From Leptospirales bacterium (GTDB lineage Bacteria > Spirochaetota > Leptospiria > Turneriellales > JAOUFE01): a DNA stretch of 64,000 nt. Every line of letters begins with the position of its first letter. Position 1 is the first letter of the stretch. Positions 30,086 through 38,002 of this stretch are shown piece after piece. The stretch covers positions 1 through 64,000 of the forward strand of contig JBEQLE010000015.1 in the NCBI GenBank assembly GCA_040326155.1. The letters run 5' to 3'. The notes under the pieces were generated by a model, which made no database searches, was not told the origin of the DNA, and saw nothing but the letters and a program-made list of their open reading frames with translations. Both the position numbers and the translations under genes were made by a program.

Positions 30086-30214
30086 TAATTATATTATGCA
30101 AAATACATAATATAATTAAATTATGTGAAATGTATATAGTGTCAAGTTAAATTTGAAAATTACATGAATTTGTGCGATAATGCCAGGACATATAGATATT
30201 ATGTAAAATGTATA
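30086..30214. promoter_or_regulatory. Three operator-like 15-bp imperfect palindromes in a divergent promoter region
   Basis: TATGCAAAATACATA (30095), TATGTGAAATGTATA (30122), TATGTAAAATGTATA (30200); the first lies within a 13-bp inverted repeat, 30086-30118. Confidence 0.65.
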
Positions 30215-30382
30215 CTAAAAAGTAGGTTGATAACTTATTCATTTACGAACCATTGTTTAATCATGACGCGATAAAACAATCAGATAATGTTCGCTACGTG
30301 AATAGAAGGGTAATTTTGCTACAGTAACTGAATACATTTTGAAGTTTCTTAATGTACATAAAAGAATATAAAATATTTAATT

Positions 30383-30781
30383 ATGCAAAAAGAAGAAATG
30401 TATGTTTATTGTATAAATATGAAATTAGACCAGTGTATAATCTCGCGTTTAGCAGAGATAATTGAAGATAGTGGGATGAATAAGCAGCAGTTTGCCAGGG
30501 CCATCGGACTAACTCCGTCGTCTCTTTCTGAGATATTTAGCGGCAGAATAAAGAATTTATCTACTTCTTTATTGCGGGTGTTAGAGTTAAAAAGGGGCGT
30601 GAACCCGGAATGGTTGAGAACGGGCAAAGGAGCGCAGTATATCATGTCGAATCAGGTGGTATGTCCATATGAATATGAGCTGGTATTGTACCATCGTAAA
30701 CTGGGGTTTGAGTGCAAGAAGGGTCTTGCCGCACTTTGTCAGGCGCTCTTAATAAAACAGGAGGAAGACTCTTCAAGATAG
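30383..30781 (+). CDS. XRE-family HTH regulator (phage repressor-like)
   Basis: MNKQQFARAIGLTPSSLSEIFSG, VNPEWLRTGKG. Confidence 0.85.
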   Translation: MQKEEMYVYCINMKLDQCIISRLAEIIEDSGMNKQQFARAIGLTPSSLSEIFSGRIKNLSTSLLRVLELKRGVNPEWLRTGKGAQYIMSNQVVCPYEYELVLYHRKLGFECKKGLAALCQALLIKQEEDSSR

Positions 30782-30974
30782 AAAATTACCTTTTTTTTAA
30801 TTGAATCACTTCTGCGTATTCGATTTGTCATCGTTGGTGTCCTGATTAACCAAAATCTTTAAAATAAAATAGATATAATAAAACCTTTACAATAATAAGT
30901 CTGATTCAATATATACCACCAGAAACAAATATAATAGATTAAATAAAATATCGGACAGGAAGCTATTTACAGGA

Positions 30975-31376
30975 ATGATTTCCGTAAAAACAAAAAGATT
31001 ACAAAAAGTCTACTTTTACTTTAAAAACCAGGGTGAGAACCAGGCTTCTTTCGCTGTTAGACTTGGCCTTACACAGGCTCATTTTAGCAGATTATTAAGA
31101 GGTTTGTCTCCTTTTTTACCACAGCATGGTCTATTGCTTGAGTACGTCTACGGCGTAAATATAGAATGGATTGAAAAAGGCCGTGGTCAAATGCTCCATG
31201 AATTGTCATTGGAAAAACCTGATCGAAAATTGAGACTTATAGTCGGTAACTACCAGGCAATGGATGAAACAGGAAAAGAGAGTTTATTGTCGTATTCTTA
31301 TGAACTGAATAAAATGTTCAAAAAAGAGCCAGCTAAAGTCGCAGATAAAAGTAGAAAATATAAAAAAATCAAATAG
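30975..31376 (+). CDS. XRE-family HTH regulator
   Basis: NQASFAVRLGLTQAHFSRLLRG, VNIEWIEKGRGQM. Confidence 0.85.
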   Translation: MISVKTKRLQKVYFYFKNQGENQASFAVRLGLTQAHFSRLLRGLSPFLPQHGLLLEYVYGVNIEWIEKGRGQMLHELSLEKPDRKLRLIVGNYQAMDETGKESLLSYSYELNKMFKKEPAKVADKSRKYKKIK

Positions 31377-31502
31377 ACCTGCTGCTTATTTTACTTTACT
31401 CGAATTTTTATATTTACAAATGGAATTAAATGATTTTTATTGTTCAAAAAATATAAAAATTTAATATATCCAACAAATAAAAAAGAGAAAGTGGCTAGAG
31501 AT

Positions 31503-31907
31503 ATGACAGAGATACAAGTAAAAAGAATAAAAAAAGTTTACCAACATTTTAAAGAAAACGGAGAAACACAAGATACGTTTGCTTCGAGATTAGGTTTGAC
31601 GCAGGCACATTTCAGTAGAGTGCTACGTGGGCTTTCACCTATATTGCCTCAGCATACTTTGTTATTGGAGCATGTTTACAACATTAACAAAGATTGGCTC
31701 GATAAAGGCAAAGGTGATATGTTTCATGACGTAACACTGGATAAACCCGACAGAAAACTTAAAGCTATCGCCAGGAACTATTCATCCTTAGATGAATATA
31801 AAAGAGAAGAGTTATTAGACTACTCTAAGGCCTTGTTGAAAAACAAAAAGCCGGTTCTTGGTAAAGTTGCCGATAAAAGTAAAACTTACGGCAAAAAGAA
31901 AGCCTAA
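31503..31907 (+). CDS. XRE-family HTH regulator, tandem paralogue of 30975..31376
   Basis: TQDTFASRLGLTQAHFSRVLRG, INKDWLDKGKGDM; ATG at 31503 aligns with the paralogue start. Confidence 0.85.
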   Translation: MTEIQVKRIKKVYQHFKENGETQDTFASRLGLTQAHFSRVLRGLSPILPQHTLLLEHVYNINKDWLDKGKGDMFHDVTLDKPDRKLKAIARNYSSLDEYKREELLDYSKALLKNKKPVLGKVADKSKTYGKKKA

Positions 31908-31991
31908 AGTAAGACTATAGCAAGCGGAATCGTTAGATCGGTATCAACAATACCGATCTTTTCCAGAATAGTATATAAGAATGGAGCTGGT

Positions 31992-32456
31992 TTAATAAAT
32001 TCGACTACCTGAAGTGTGGCAACCCGATTTATTACACCCACCCTTGCTAATATTGGCTGACATAGCATTTCCGTTTGATACGGATGCCTGAACGGAGAAG
32101 TTGACGTCGCGGTCTGTATAAAAATTCCCGCTTTTGTCGACATCCAAGGTGAAAAGAGTTTTGCTGTTCTTTTTAATTTTGACAGTAAGACCCTGGCCGC
32201 CGGCTTTCGTGCCTGAACTTGCTGTTGTATAGACAGTTCCGGCCAATGTAAGTAGTTTGCTACCGCTGCTATGGCAAGAACGACAGTTTTCTCCTGCATT
32301 GTGACTACTACTATTGGCGCTTGATTCCAGTGGATCATTATTGCAATTCGATGAACACATCGTGACAATTAAGATTCCAACGATGAACCTGAATTGAAGT
32401 AAAATATGTTTTATGGTCATTTGGGTCTCCATCTTTTTAGTGTTTGTTTGACTCAA
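31992..32456 (-). CDS. Small c-type haem lipoprotein
   Basis: Hydrophobic leader ending in TMC; HNAGENCRSCH (CxxCH) and C-terminal CNKSGCH. Confidence 0.7.
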   Translation of the reverse strand: MSQTNTKKMETQMTIKHILLQFRFIVGILIVTMCSSNCNNDPLESSANSSSHNAGENCRSCHSSGSKLLTLAGTVYTTASSGTKAGGQGLTVKIKKNSKTLFTLDVDKSGNFYTDRDVNFSVQASVSNGNAMSANISKGGCNKSGCHTSGSRIY

Positions 32457-32529
32457 ATATAAAATCCAATAAAAAAATCAAGGAAAATATGAAGAATTTC
32501 ATGTTTTGTTGTCTATGTCCACCTTCTTT

Positions 32530-33477
32530 TTAAGCCTGAAGGTTTCGTTTGTTTAAAAAAGTCATTATATTATAGATTGTTTCTAGAACAGGAGTCTGAA
32601 GCCCGTTTTTCTTCGCAATACGCAAAGGCTCACCAAGAATGGTTTCGGTTTCCATTTCGTTTTTATTGTCATAGTCAATGAGCATGGATGTTTTATACGG
32701 TTTCATTTTTCGTGTATTTTTGATCATTTTCTCTGCAAAATCTGGCGAAATGATTACGTTTTCTAAACGGGCAATTTTCAGGGTCTCTTTAACAAGCTCT
32801 TGAATGGAAGCAAAAGCATGGCTGTCCTTGATTATACTGTTGGTGTCGACTCCGCCAAGGGCCACAGAAAGAGAATTAAAAGGAATATTCCATAATAGTT
32901 TTTCCCAACGTAGATAACGATAATCGGGTTTTATTTTACAGGGAATTCCCGACGATTCGATCATCGAGACGACCATCTCGGCAAGGGGGCGTGATGATTC
33001 CTGAACGGGGGAAATTGTGACAGGGCCATAGTCAATATGGTTAACCTGTCCCGGGGCAGTTCGACTAATGCAGGTAAAAGCGGACGCCGCTAGAATCGCT
33101 TGCGAAGGAAATAACTTTTGTAATTTTTCTTCATTATTTATGCCGTTTTGCAGTACCAAAATAACGCTCTTTTTTTTTATTACGGGCGAAAGCAGACTTT
33201 TATAGTCAATTTGCGGCAATGCTTTACAAGATATAATGACCAGATCAGCAGTATCCATCTGGGTGGGGGATGTAAAAGCATTTACTTTAAGTTTAAAATC
33301 TCCCCATATACTTTTTACATCGAGAGGCGCATCATGCAAAGTTGGAGCTCCGGTTCGGGTTTGGTACTCAACAGAAAATCCATTTTGCTGAAGTTTAGCC
33401 CCATAAAACAGACCCACGGCTCCCGCCCCCATAACCGCTATTTTCTGAACAGGGACTACGCTCTCAAATTTATCCAT
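32530..33477 (-). CDS. panE: 2-dehydropantoate 2-reductase (ketopantoate reductase family)
   Basis: GAGAVG Rossmann motif, LQNG, WEKLLWNIPFN, SMLID, E..ILG. Confidence 0.9.
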   Translation of the reverse strand: MDKFESVVPVQKIAVMGAGAVGLFYGAKLQQNGFSVEYQTRTGAPTLHDAPLDVKSIWGDFKLKVNAFTSPTQMDTADLVIISCKALPQIDYKSLLSPVIKKKSVILVLQNGINNEEKLQKLFPSQAILAASAFTCISRTAPGQVNHIDYGPVTISPVQESSRPLAEMVVSMIESSGIPCKIKPDYRYLRWEKLLWNIPFNSLSVALGGVDTNSIIKDSHAFASIQELVKETLKIARLENVIISPDFAEKMIKNTRKMKPYKTSMLIDYDNKNEMETETILGEPLRIAKKNGLQTPVLETIYNIMTFLNKRNLQA

Positions 33478-33598
33478 ATTATATTCTTTGCCTCTAACCT
33501 TGTAAAAGTAGGCCAATCTGAACAATATTTACACCACAGAAAGGATTAAATAATTATTGCTCTTGATGCGATGTCAAATAGTTTAGAAACGACAATAG

Positions 33599-34156
33599 AT
33601 GTTTCGTATTACTATCAATCTGGTTATTGCTGTGTTGTGTTTTAGTGCTTTCTTAACGTTTTTATTACCCTGGCATGAGAACAGAGAAATGGCTCGTTTA
33701 TATTTGCAAGAAGGGCAGACGACTTCAGCAGTAATTATAGATAAAACAACTGTAAAAAAACAGGGATGGTTGCCCGAAGCGAGTCAAAACAGCTTGAATT
33801 TGCAGTTTTCCGATTTTAATTTTCTTATTCGTTTTAAACTCGATAAAAAAGTATATGTATATCCAATTACAGAGTATGTAACGCAAGAGCAATATAGTTC
33901 TCTAAAACCCAATGATTTAGTAGAAATTATTTACCTTCCCGAAACCTTATCTGTGAATGATGGAAAAATACTTTTTACGGATCATGTTTTCTTCGTAGAC
34001 TCTATAAAGCAAATACCAACAGAAAATTGGTCGGGCTATTGGAGAATTTACCCTGCCTGGTCTTTTGCCGGGTTATGCGTAATTTTTATAATAGCGGCTT
34101 TTATACCTGTAAGAAAACGAAAAGAGAAAAGTACAGAAATTCTTGTGGAAACTTGA
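33599..34156 (+). CDS. Hypothetical membrane protein (two TM segments flanking a beta-rich domain)
   Basis: Hydrophobic N- and C-terminal helices; GQTTSAVIIDK...VEIIYLP resembles DUF3592-type proteins. Confidence 0.6.
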   Translation: MFRITINLVIAVLCFSAFLTFLLPWHENREMARLYLQEGQTTSAVIIDKTTVKKQGWLPEASQNSLNLQFSDFNFLIRFKLDKKVYVYPITEYVTQEQYSSLKPNDLVEIIYLPETLSVNDGKILFTDHVFFVDSIKQIPTENWSGYWRIYPAWSFAGLCVIFIIAAFIPVRKRKEKSTEILVET

Positions 34157-34193
34157 GAATGGAAACCTGAAAATTTTTCGGTAGTTTTTCTAC

Positions 34194-34607
34194 TTACTCT
34201 ACATTTGGTTCTGGAAAGTTTGGAATCTGGTCATCAGGTATAGGTTCACCGGCAGGCGGTCCTACATCAGCGCCATCATAAGAGTCAATTTCTAACTCAT
34301 TAGCAATGGCATAAAGCTCGTTATTTCGAGCATCAAGAGAATCAGGCGTATGGGCTTCTTCTTTTATCATTTGAAGCCAGTAAAAATCGGGTTCTTTATT
34401 TTCTTCCTTACTCGAGGGGTGTATTCCGATAAACTTGTACCCCAGACTTTCGAGTCTCTCTTTTACTTTTACCAAAGGTTTTTCTTCTTTGTTCGAGAAA
34501 AAAAATCCCCACAACATCGGTCCTGTCATGTTCCAACCTGTTTGATTGCTCATGTTGTCAAACATTTCAATGAGGTCATTTAGGAAGATTCTCTTTTCAG
34601 CACCCAT
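34194..34607 (-). CDS. RraB-domain (ribonuclease E inhibitor-like) protein
   Basis: Acidic protein; WGFFF...LESLGY...YDGADVG pattern typical of the RraB domain. Confidence 0.65.
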   Translation of the reverse strand: MGAEKRIFLNDLIEMFDNMSNQTGWNMTGPMLWGFFFSNKEEKPLVKVKERLESLGYKFIGIHPSSKEENKEPDFYWLQMIKEEAHTPDSLDARNNELYAIANELEIDSYDGADVGPPAGEPIPDDQIPNFPEPNVE

Positions 34608-34750
34608 ACGCTATATAAAAACACTAGATCACTTTGTCTAGCCAATAATCGTGTATATTTTCACACGATTTACTCATAACTGCTTTTTACTTGTCGGGCA
34701 GCCTCTTTATAAAGAATTTGTAATGTATATCTATAAAAAACGGAGACCAA

Positions 34751-35293
34751 GTGAGTATTATAGCTGAACGTTTAATATTAGTCGACGAAAAAGATCGTCC
34801 CATAGGCAATGAGTCAAAAGAAAAGTGCCACCAGGGTGAAGGATTATTACACCGCGCTTTTTCAGTTTTTATACTGAACTCAAAAAATGAACTTTTATTG
34901 CAGCAAAGAAGTCAATTCAAACCACTTTGGCCCTTAAGCTGGAGCAATACCTGCTGTAGTCATCCCAGACTTGATGAAAGTACGCAAAGCGCAGCTACAA
35001 GGCGTCTTACAGAGGAGGTCGGAATGCACGCCTCTTTACGCTATCTCTATAAATTTACCTACGCGGCAAAATATGACGACCAGGGAAGCGAGAGAGAAGT
35101 TTGCCATGTATTTATAGGTCACAGTGACGATTCACCTGTAATCAACTTTGACGAGATCGCAGATTACCGGTGGGTTCAAATTGAACAGTTACAAAAAGAG
35201 GTGGAACAAAACCCTGAAAACTTTACCCCTTGGTTTAGAATGGAATTAAAAGAAATTATTACAAATTTCCCTCAAACGCTGCAGTCCGCGTAA
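34751..35293 (+). CDS. idi: Isopentenyl-diphosphate delta-isomerase type 1
   Basis: LHRAFSVF, LLQQRS, WSNTCCSHP, RRLTEEVG, EREVCHVF, FTPWF. Confidence 0.95.
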   Translation: MSIIAERLILVDEKDRPIGNESKEKCHQGEGLLHRAFSVFILNSKNELLLQQRSQFKPLWPLSWSNTCCSHPRLDESTQSAATRRLTEEVGMHASLRYLYKFTYAAKYDDQGSEREVCHVFIGHSDDSPVINFDEIADYRWVQIEQLQKEVEQNPENFTPWFRMELKEIITNFPQTLQSA

Positions 35294-35344
35294 ATAGAAT
35301 AACTTTATTGTAACTACATTAAACATTTTGAATGTGACAAGTCT

Positions 35345-35824
35345 ATGATGGATTTTTTATATAATATTGTGGTTATTGTTCATGTTGTATTCGGAGCGGT
35401 ACTTTTTATGTTTTCCGGTATAATGCAATTGGTCGTTGGTCCTGCAATGAGCCATTTTCAAATGAGCCCTGAAAAAAAATCGGCCCAGCAGGTTCTTCAA
35501 AAAAGAGCGCAGCGCTCCATGCATGTTGCCATTGTTGTCATGAGCCTGACCGCGCTCTATCTTTTACACAGTCGCTGGGGTATGATTCAAAGTTCTAACC
35601 TGCTGATTGTAAAAGTCATTTTTGGAGCCTTCGCCCTGATTATGGCTAATATCCTCCATTTCGGAGTTCGCTTCAAACGAATGAAACTGCAAAAAAGCGA
35701 AAACCCCGAAGACAAGCTTAAACTGGACCGACTCAAAAAAAAGATCTGGGCCATTGAAAAAATAATACTTTATAGCGCCGCCACGGCCTTTATCCTTGGC
35801 GTAGTATTTAATCACCTTCATTAA
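35345..35824 (+). CDS. Hypothetical four-TM membrane protein
   Basis: Four hydrophobic helices with His residues (VHVV, MH, LH). Confidence 0.6.
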   Translation: MMDFLYNIVVIVHVVFGAVLFMFSGIMQLVVGPAMSHFQMSPEKKSAQQVLQKRAQRSMHVAIVVMSLTALYLLHSRWGMIQSSNLLIVKVIFGAFALIMANILHFGVRFKRMKLQKSENPEDKLKLDRLKKKIWAIEKIILYSAATAFILGVVFNHLH

Positions 35825-35857
35825 TGCACAAAAAAAACCTTCGGTTTCCGTTTATTG

Positions 35858-35980
35858 CATAAAAAAATCCTGCGGTTTTTTTATGTCGCTTCGTTCGATT
35901 ATTGTTTAAAGTTTATCACGGCTAAAAAAGCGTGGTTTTTTAGCCGCTCGCGTCATGGTATTTTAGTTGCTTCGTTCGAT
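35858..35980. repeat. Cluster of A/T-tract hairpins with a 12-bp direct repeat
   Basis: CATAAAAAAA-TCCTGCGG-TTTTTTTATG, CGGCTAAAAAA-GCGTGG-TTTTTTAGCCG; GCTTCGTTCGAT at 35888 and 35969. Confidence 0.6.
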
Positions 35981-36076
35981 CAATGATCGGTCTTCTTAAT
36001 CCTGTCTAATTCTCTTTTCCTGTAATTTCTGCCTTCCTTATAGTCAACTCTTGCTTTTTTTCTAAAATAATTCAAA

Positions 36077-36115
36077 TTTGCCTACGCATATGCCGTTATA
36101 TAATCTATATGCGTA
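36077..36115 (+). promoter_or_regulatory. Sigma70-like promoter overlapped by a 9-bp inverted repeat
   Basis: TTTGCC...TATAAT (36099-36104); TACGCATAT (36083-36091) / ATATGCGTA (36107-36115). Confidence 0.55.
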
Positions 36116-36154
36116 AAAGTACTATACAAAATACAAGCAAACATGCAGTAGGTA

Positions 36155-36871
36155 GTGGCGGTTTTTATGAAGATTCGTTATAGAAGTTTTGAGATGCCTG
36201 AAATTTTCAGTGAGCAAAAAGTTCAATGCGCTCAAGATGATATTTCTGATATTCATGCGTCGGGTAAGAGTGTTATGTTGAGCGGTTCTTCGGAGGTATT
36301 TTACCTTTCTCACCAGTGGCAGGCAGATCTTGTTCTTCGAGGTCACAGTGTTCATGTCATTGATTGTGCTATTCGATTTAATCCGTTTTTACTTACCGAA
36401 GAGGCTTTTCGAAACTCGGTTTCACCGGAGTACCTGCTCTCAAAGGTAGGTATTCGCAGAGCCTTCACCCCTTACCAGATTCTAGATTCGGCCCGCGAAG
36501 CTCTCAGTAAAGAGGCTCTTGCTAAAGAAGACCATGCTAAAGGTAAAGCCGACCCAGGTTTTCACAATTCTGTATATTTCTTTCTAGCTCCCTGCAAGCA
36601 ATTTTTCGATGGGGATGTAGCATCCGATGAAGGGGCTTTTTTGCTTGAAAAACTTGTCCATACTTTTCGCTCGTTTGCCAAAGCTCAAATACCCCTTGTG
36701 CTCATTGAAAAAGATCGTTACCGAAGCCCGCTTTTTTCTTCGGTGTATGCAAAACTTGAGGCTCTTTCTGACACGGCGTGGCGTCTTCAAAAAGAAGAAG
36801 GTATTCAAGGTCAAAAAGGACGAAAAAACAAAGAGTCTCGCTACCAGCTCTTGAGGTCCCATACTGGTTAA
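36155..36871 (+). CDS. RecA/RadA-like protein with degenerate P-loop
   Basis: VHVIDCAIRFNPFLL...LLSKVGIRRAFTPYQIL resembles the RecA-fold core; no GxxxxGK[ST]. Confidence 0.55.
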   Translation: MAVFMKIRYRSFEMPEIFSEQKVQCAQDDISDIHASGKSVMLSGSSEVFYLSHQWQADLVLRGHSVHVIDCAIRFNPFLLTEEAFRNSVSPEYLLSKVGIRRAFTPYQILDSAREALSKEALAKEDHAKGKADPGFHNSVYFFLAPCKQFFDGDVASDEGAFLLEKLVHTFRSFAKAQIPLVLIEKDRYRSPLFSSVYAKLEALSDTAWRLQKEEGIQGQKGRKNKESRYQLLRSHTG

Positions 36872-36876
36872 GTTGC

Positions 36877-37986
36877 CTAAAGTTTCTCTTTATATTGCGT
36901 GGCGATTTGTTCGAACTCTTTTTCCACTTGTGTAAAGACTTCCACAAGCAGAGGGTCGAAACTTTTACCGCTTTCTGAGATAATCATTTCCACCGATGCT
37001 TTGTGTCCAATGGGGTCTTTATAAATTCTCATGGTTGTCAATGCGTCATAGACATCGGCTATAGCCATTATACGTCCTGGAATAGGAATTTCGTCCCCTT
37101 TGAGTCCTTCGGGATACCCCGTACCATCCCATCTTTCATGATGGTACAGCACCATATCTTCAGCGGTTTCGAGGAATTTACTTAAACCCACAATCTCTCT
37201 GGCGTCACGTAAAGCTTTGGCCCCGATTGTGGTGTGGGTTTTTATAATATCGTGTTCCTTTTCGAACAGTGTTCCTGGTTTATTTAAGATGGAATCTGGA
37301 ATACCTACTTTACCGATATCGTGTAAAGGGGCGCTTTTAATAATAAATTCACCGGTTTGCTCATTGAGTATATCAGGATATATTTTGAGTTTAAGACAGT
37401 TTGTGACCAATAACAGCACATAGGCCCGCGTTCTTTTAATGTGGTTGCCTGTCTCTTTGTCCCTGGCTTCAGCAAGTGACGCCAGGCTGATGATGGTTGC
37501 GTCTTGTACTTGTGAAATTTCTTTTGTTCTTTCTATGACTTTTTGCCCCAATAGAGCATTTTGATGTTCGAGCTCTTCTCTGGCTTGAATAAGTTCTAAC
37601 CGGTATTTGTTGGTTTTCAAGTGAGATTTAATTCTTAAAAGAAGCTCTATGCGATTAATTGGCTTTGACAAATAATCATTTCCACCAGCTTCAAAGGCTT
37701 TTTCAATAACATCATTATCGTGGTGAGCGGTTAAAAAAAGGATCGGTGTATTTTCAGTTTTTTTGTTTTTTCTTAATCTTGTGCATACTTCATAGCCATC
37801 CATTTCGGGCATCATAATATCGAGCAATATTAAGTCATATTGGACTTGCCCGGCCAGCTCAATGGTTTTTGCCCCGTTTTGTGCAAAAGAGATACGGTAT
37901 CCGGCCGCAGAAAGAATATTGCCTGCAAGCTGAATATTTTCAGTCACGTCATCGACTACAAGTATGTGATATTTTTTTTCTTCCAT
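36877..37986 (-). CDS. Response regulator with HD-GYP c-di-GMP phosphodiesterase domain
   Basis: REC (ILVVDD, LLDIMMPEMDG, KP), LHDIGK, HHERWDGTGYP, IADVYDAL. Confidence 0.93.
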   Translation of the reverse strand: MEEKKYHILVVDDVTENIQLAGNILSAAGYRISFAQNGAKTIELAGQVQYDLILLDIMMPEMDGYEVCTRLRKNKKTENTPILFLTAHHDNDVIEKAFEAGGNDYLSKPINRIELLLRIKSHLKTNKYRLELIQAREELEHQNALLGQKVIERTKEISQVQDATIISLASLAEARDKETGNHIKRTRAYVLLLVTNCLKLKIYPDILNEQTGEFIIKSAPLHDIGKVGIPDSILNKPGTLFEKEHDIIKTHTTIGAKALRDAREIVGLSKFLETAEDMVLYHHERWDGTGYPEGLKGDEIPIPGRIMAIADVYDALTTMRIYKDPIGHKASVEMIISESGKSFDPLLVEVFTQVEKEFEQIATQYKEKL

Positions 37987-38002
37987 AAAATTAATTAACT
38001 CC

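Noticed and set aside
29819..31907. Intact prophage
   Set aside because: No integrase, transposase, terminase or structural genes in the flanks; only the regulatory module is present.
31904..32368. 154-aa minus-strand ORF
   Set aside because: Alternative frame overlapping the haem lipoprotein ORF, which has the leader and motifs.
35858..35980. CRISPR array or integron attC sites
   Set aside because: Only two 12-bp repeats, no regular spacers, no cas or intI gene, and no RYYYAAC/GTTRRRY ends.
36117..36135. Leptospira-type LexA box (CTATACAAA)
   Set aside because: Only one half-site of TTTG-N5-CAAA is present; not supportable.
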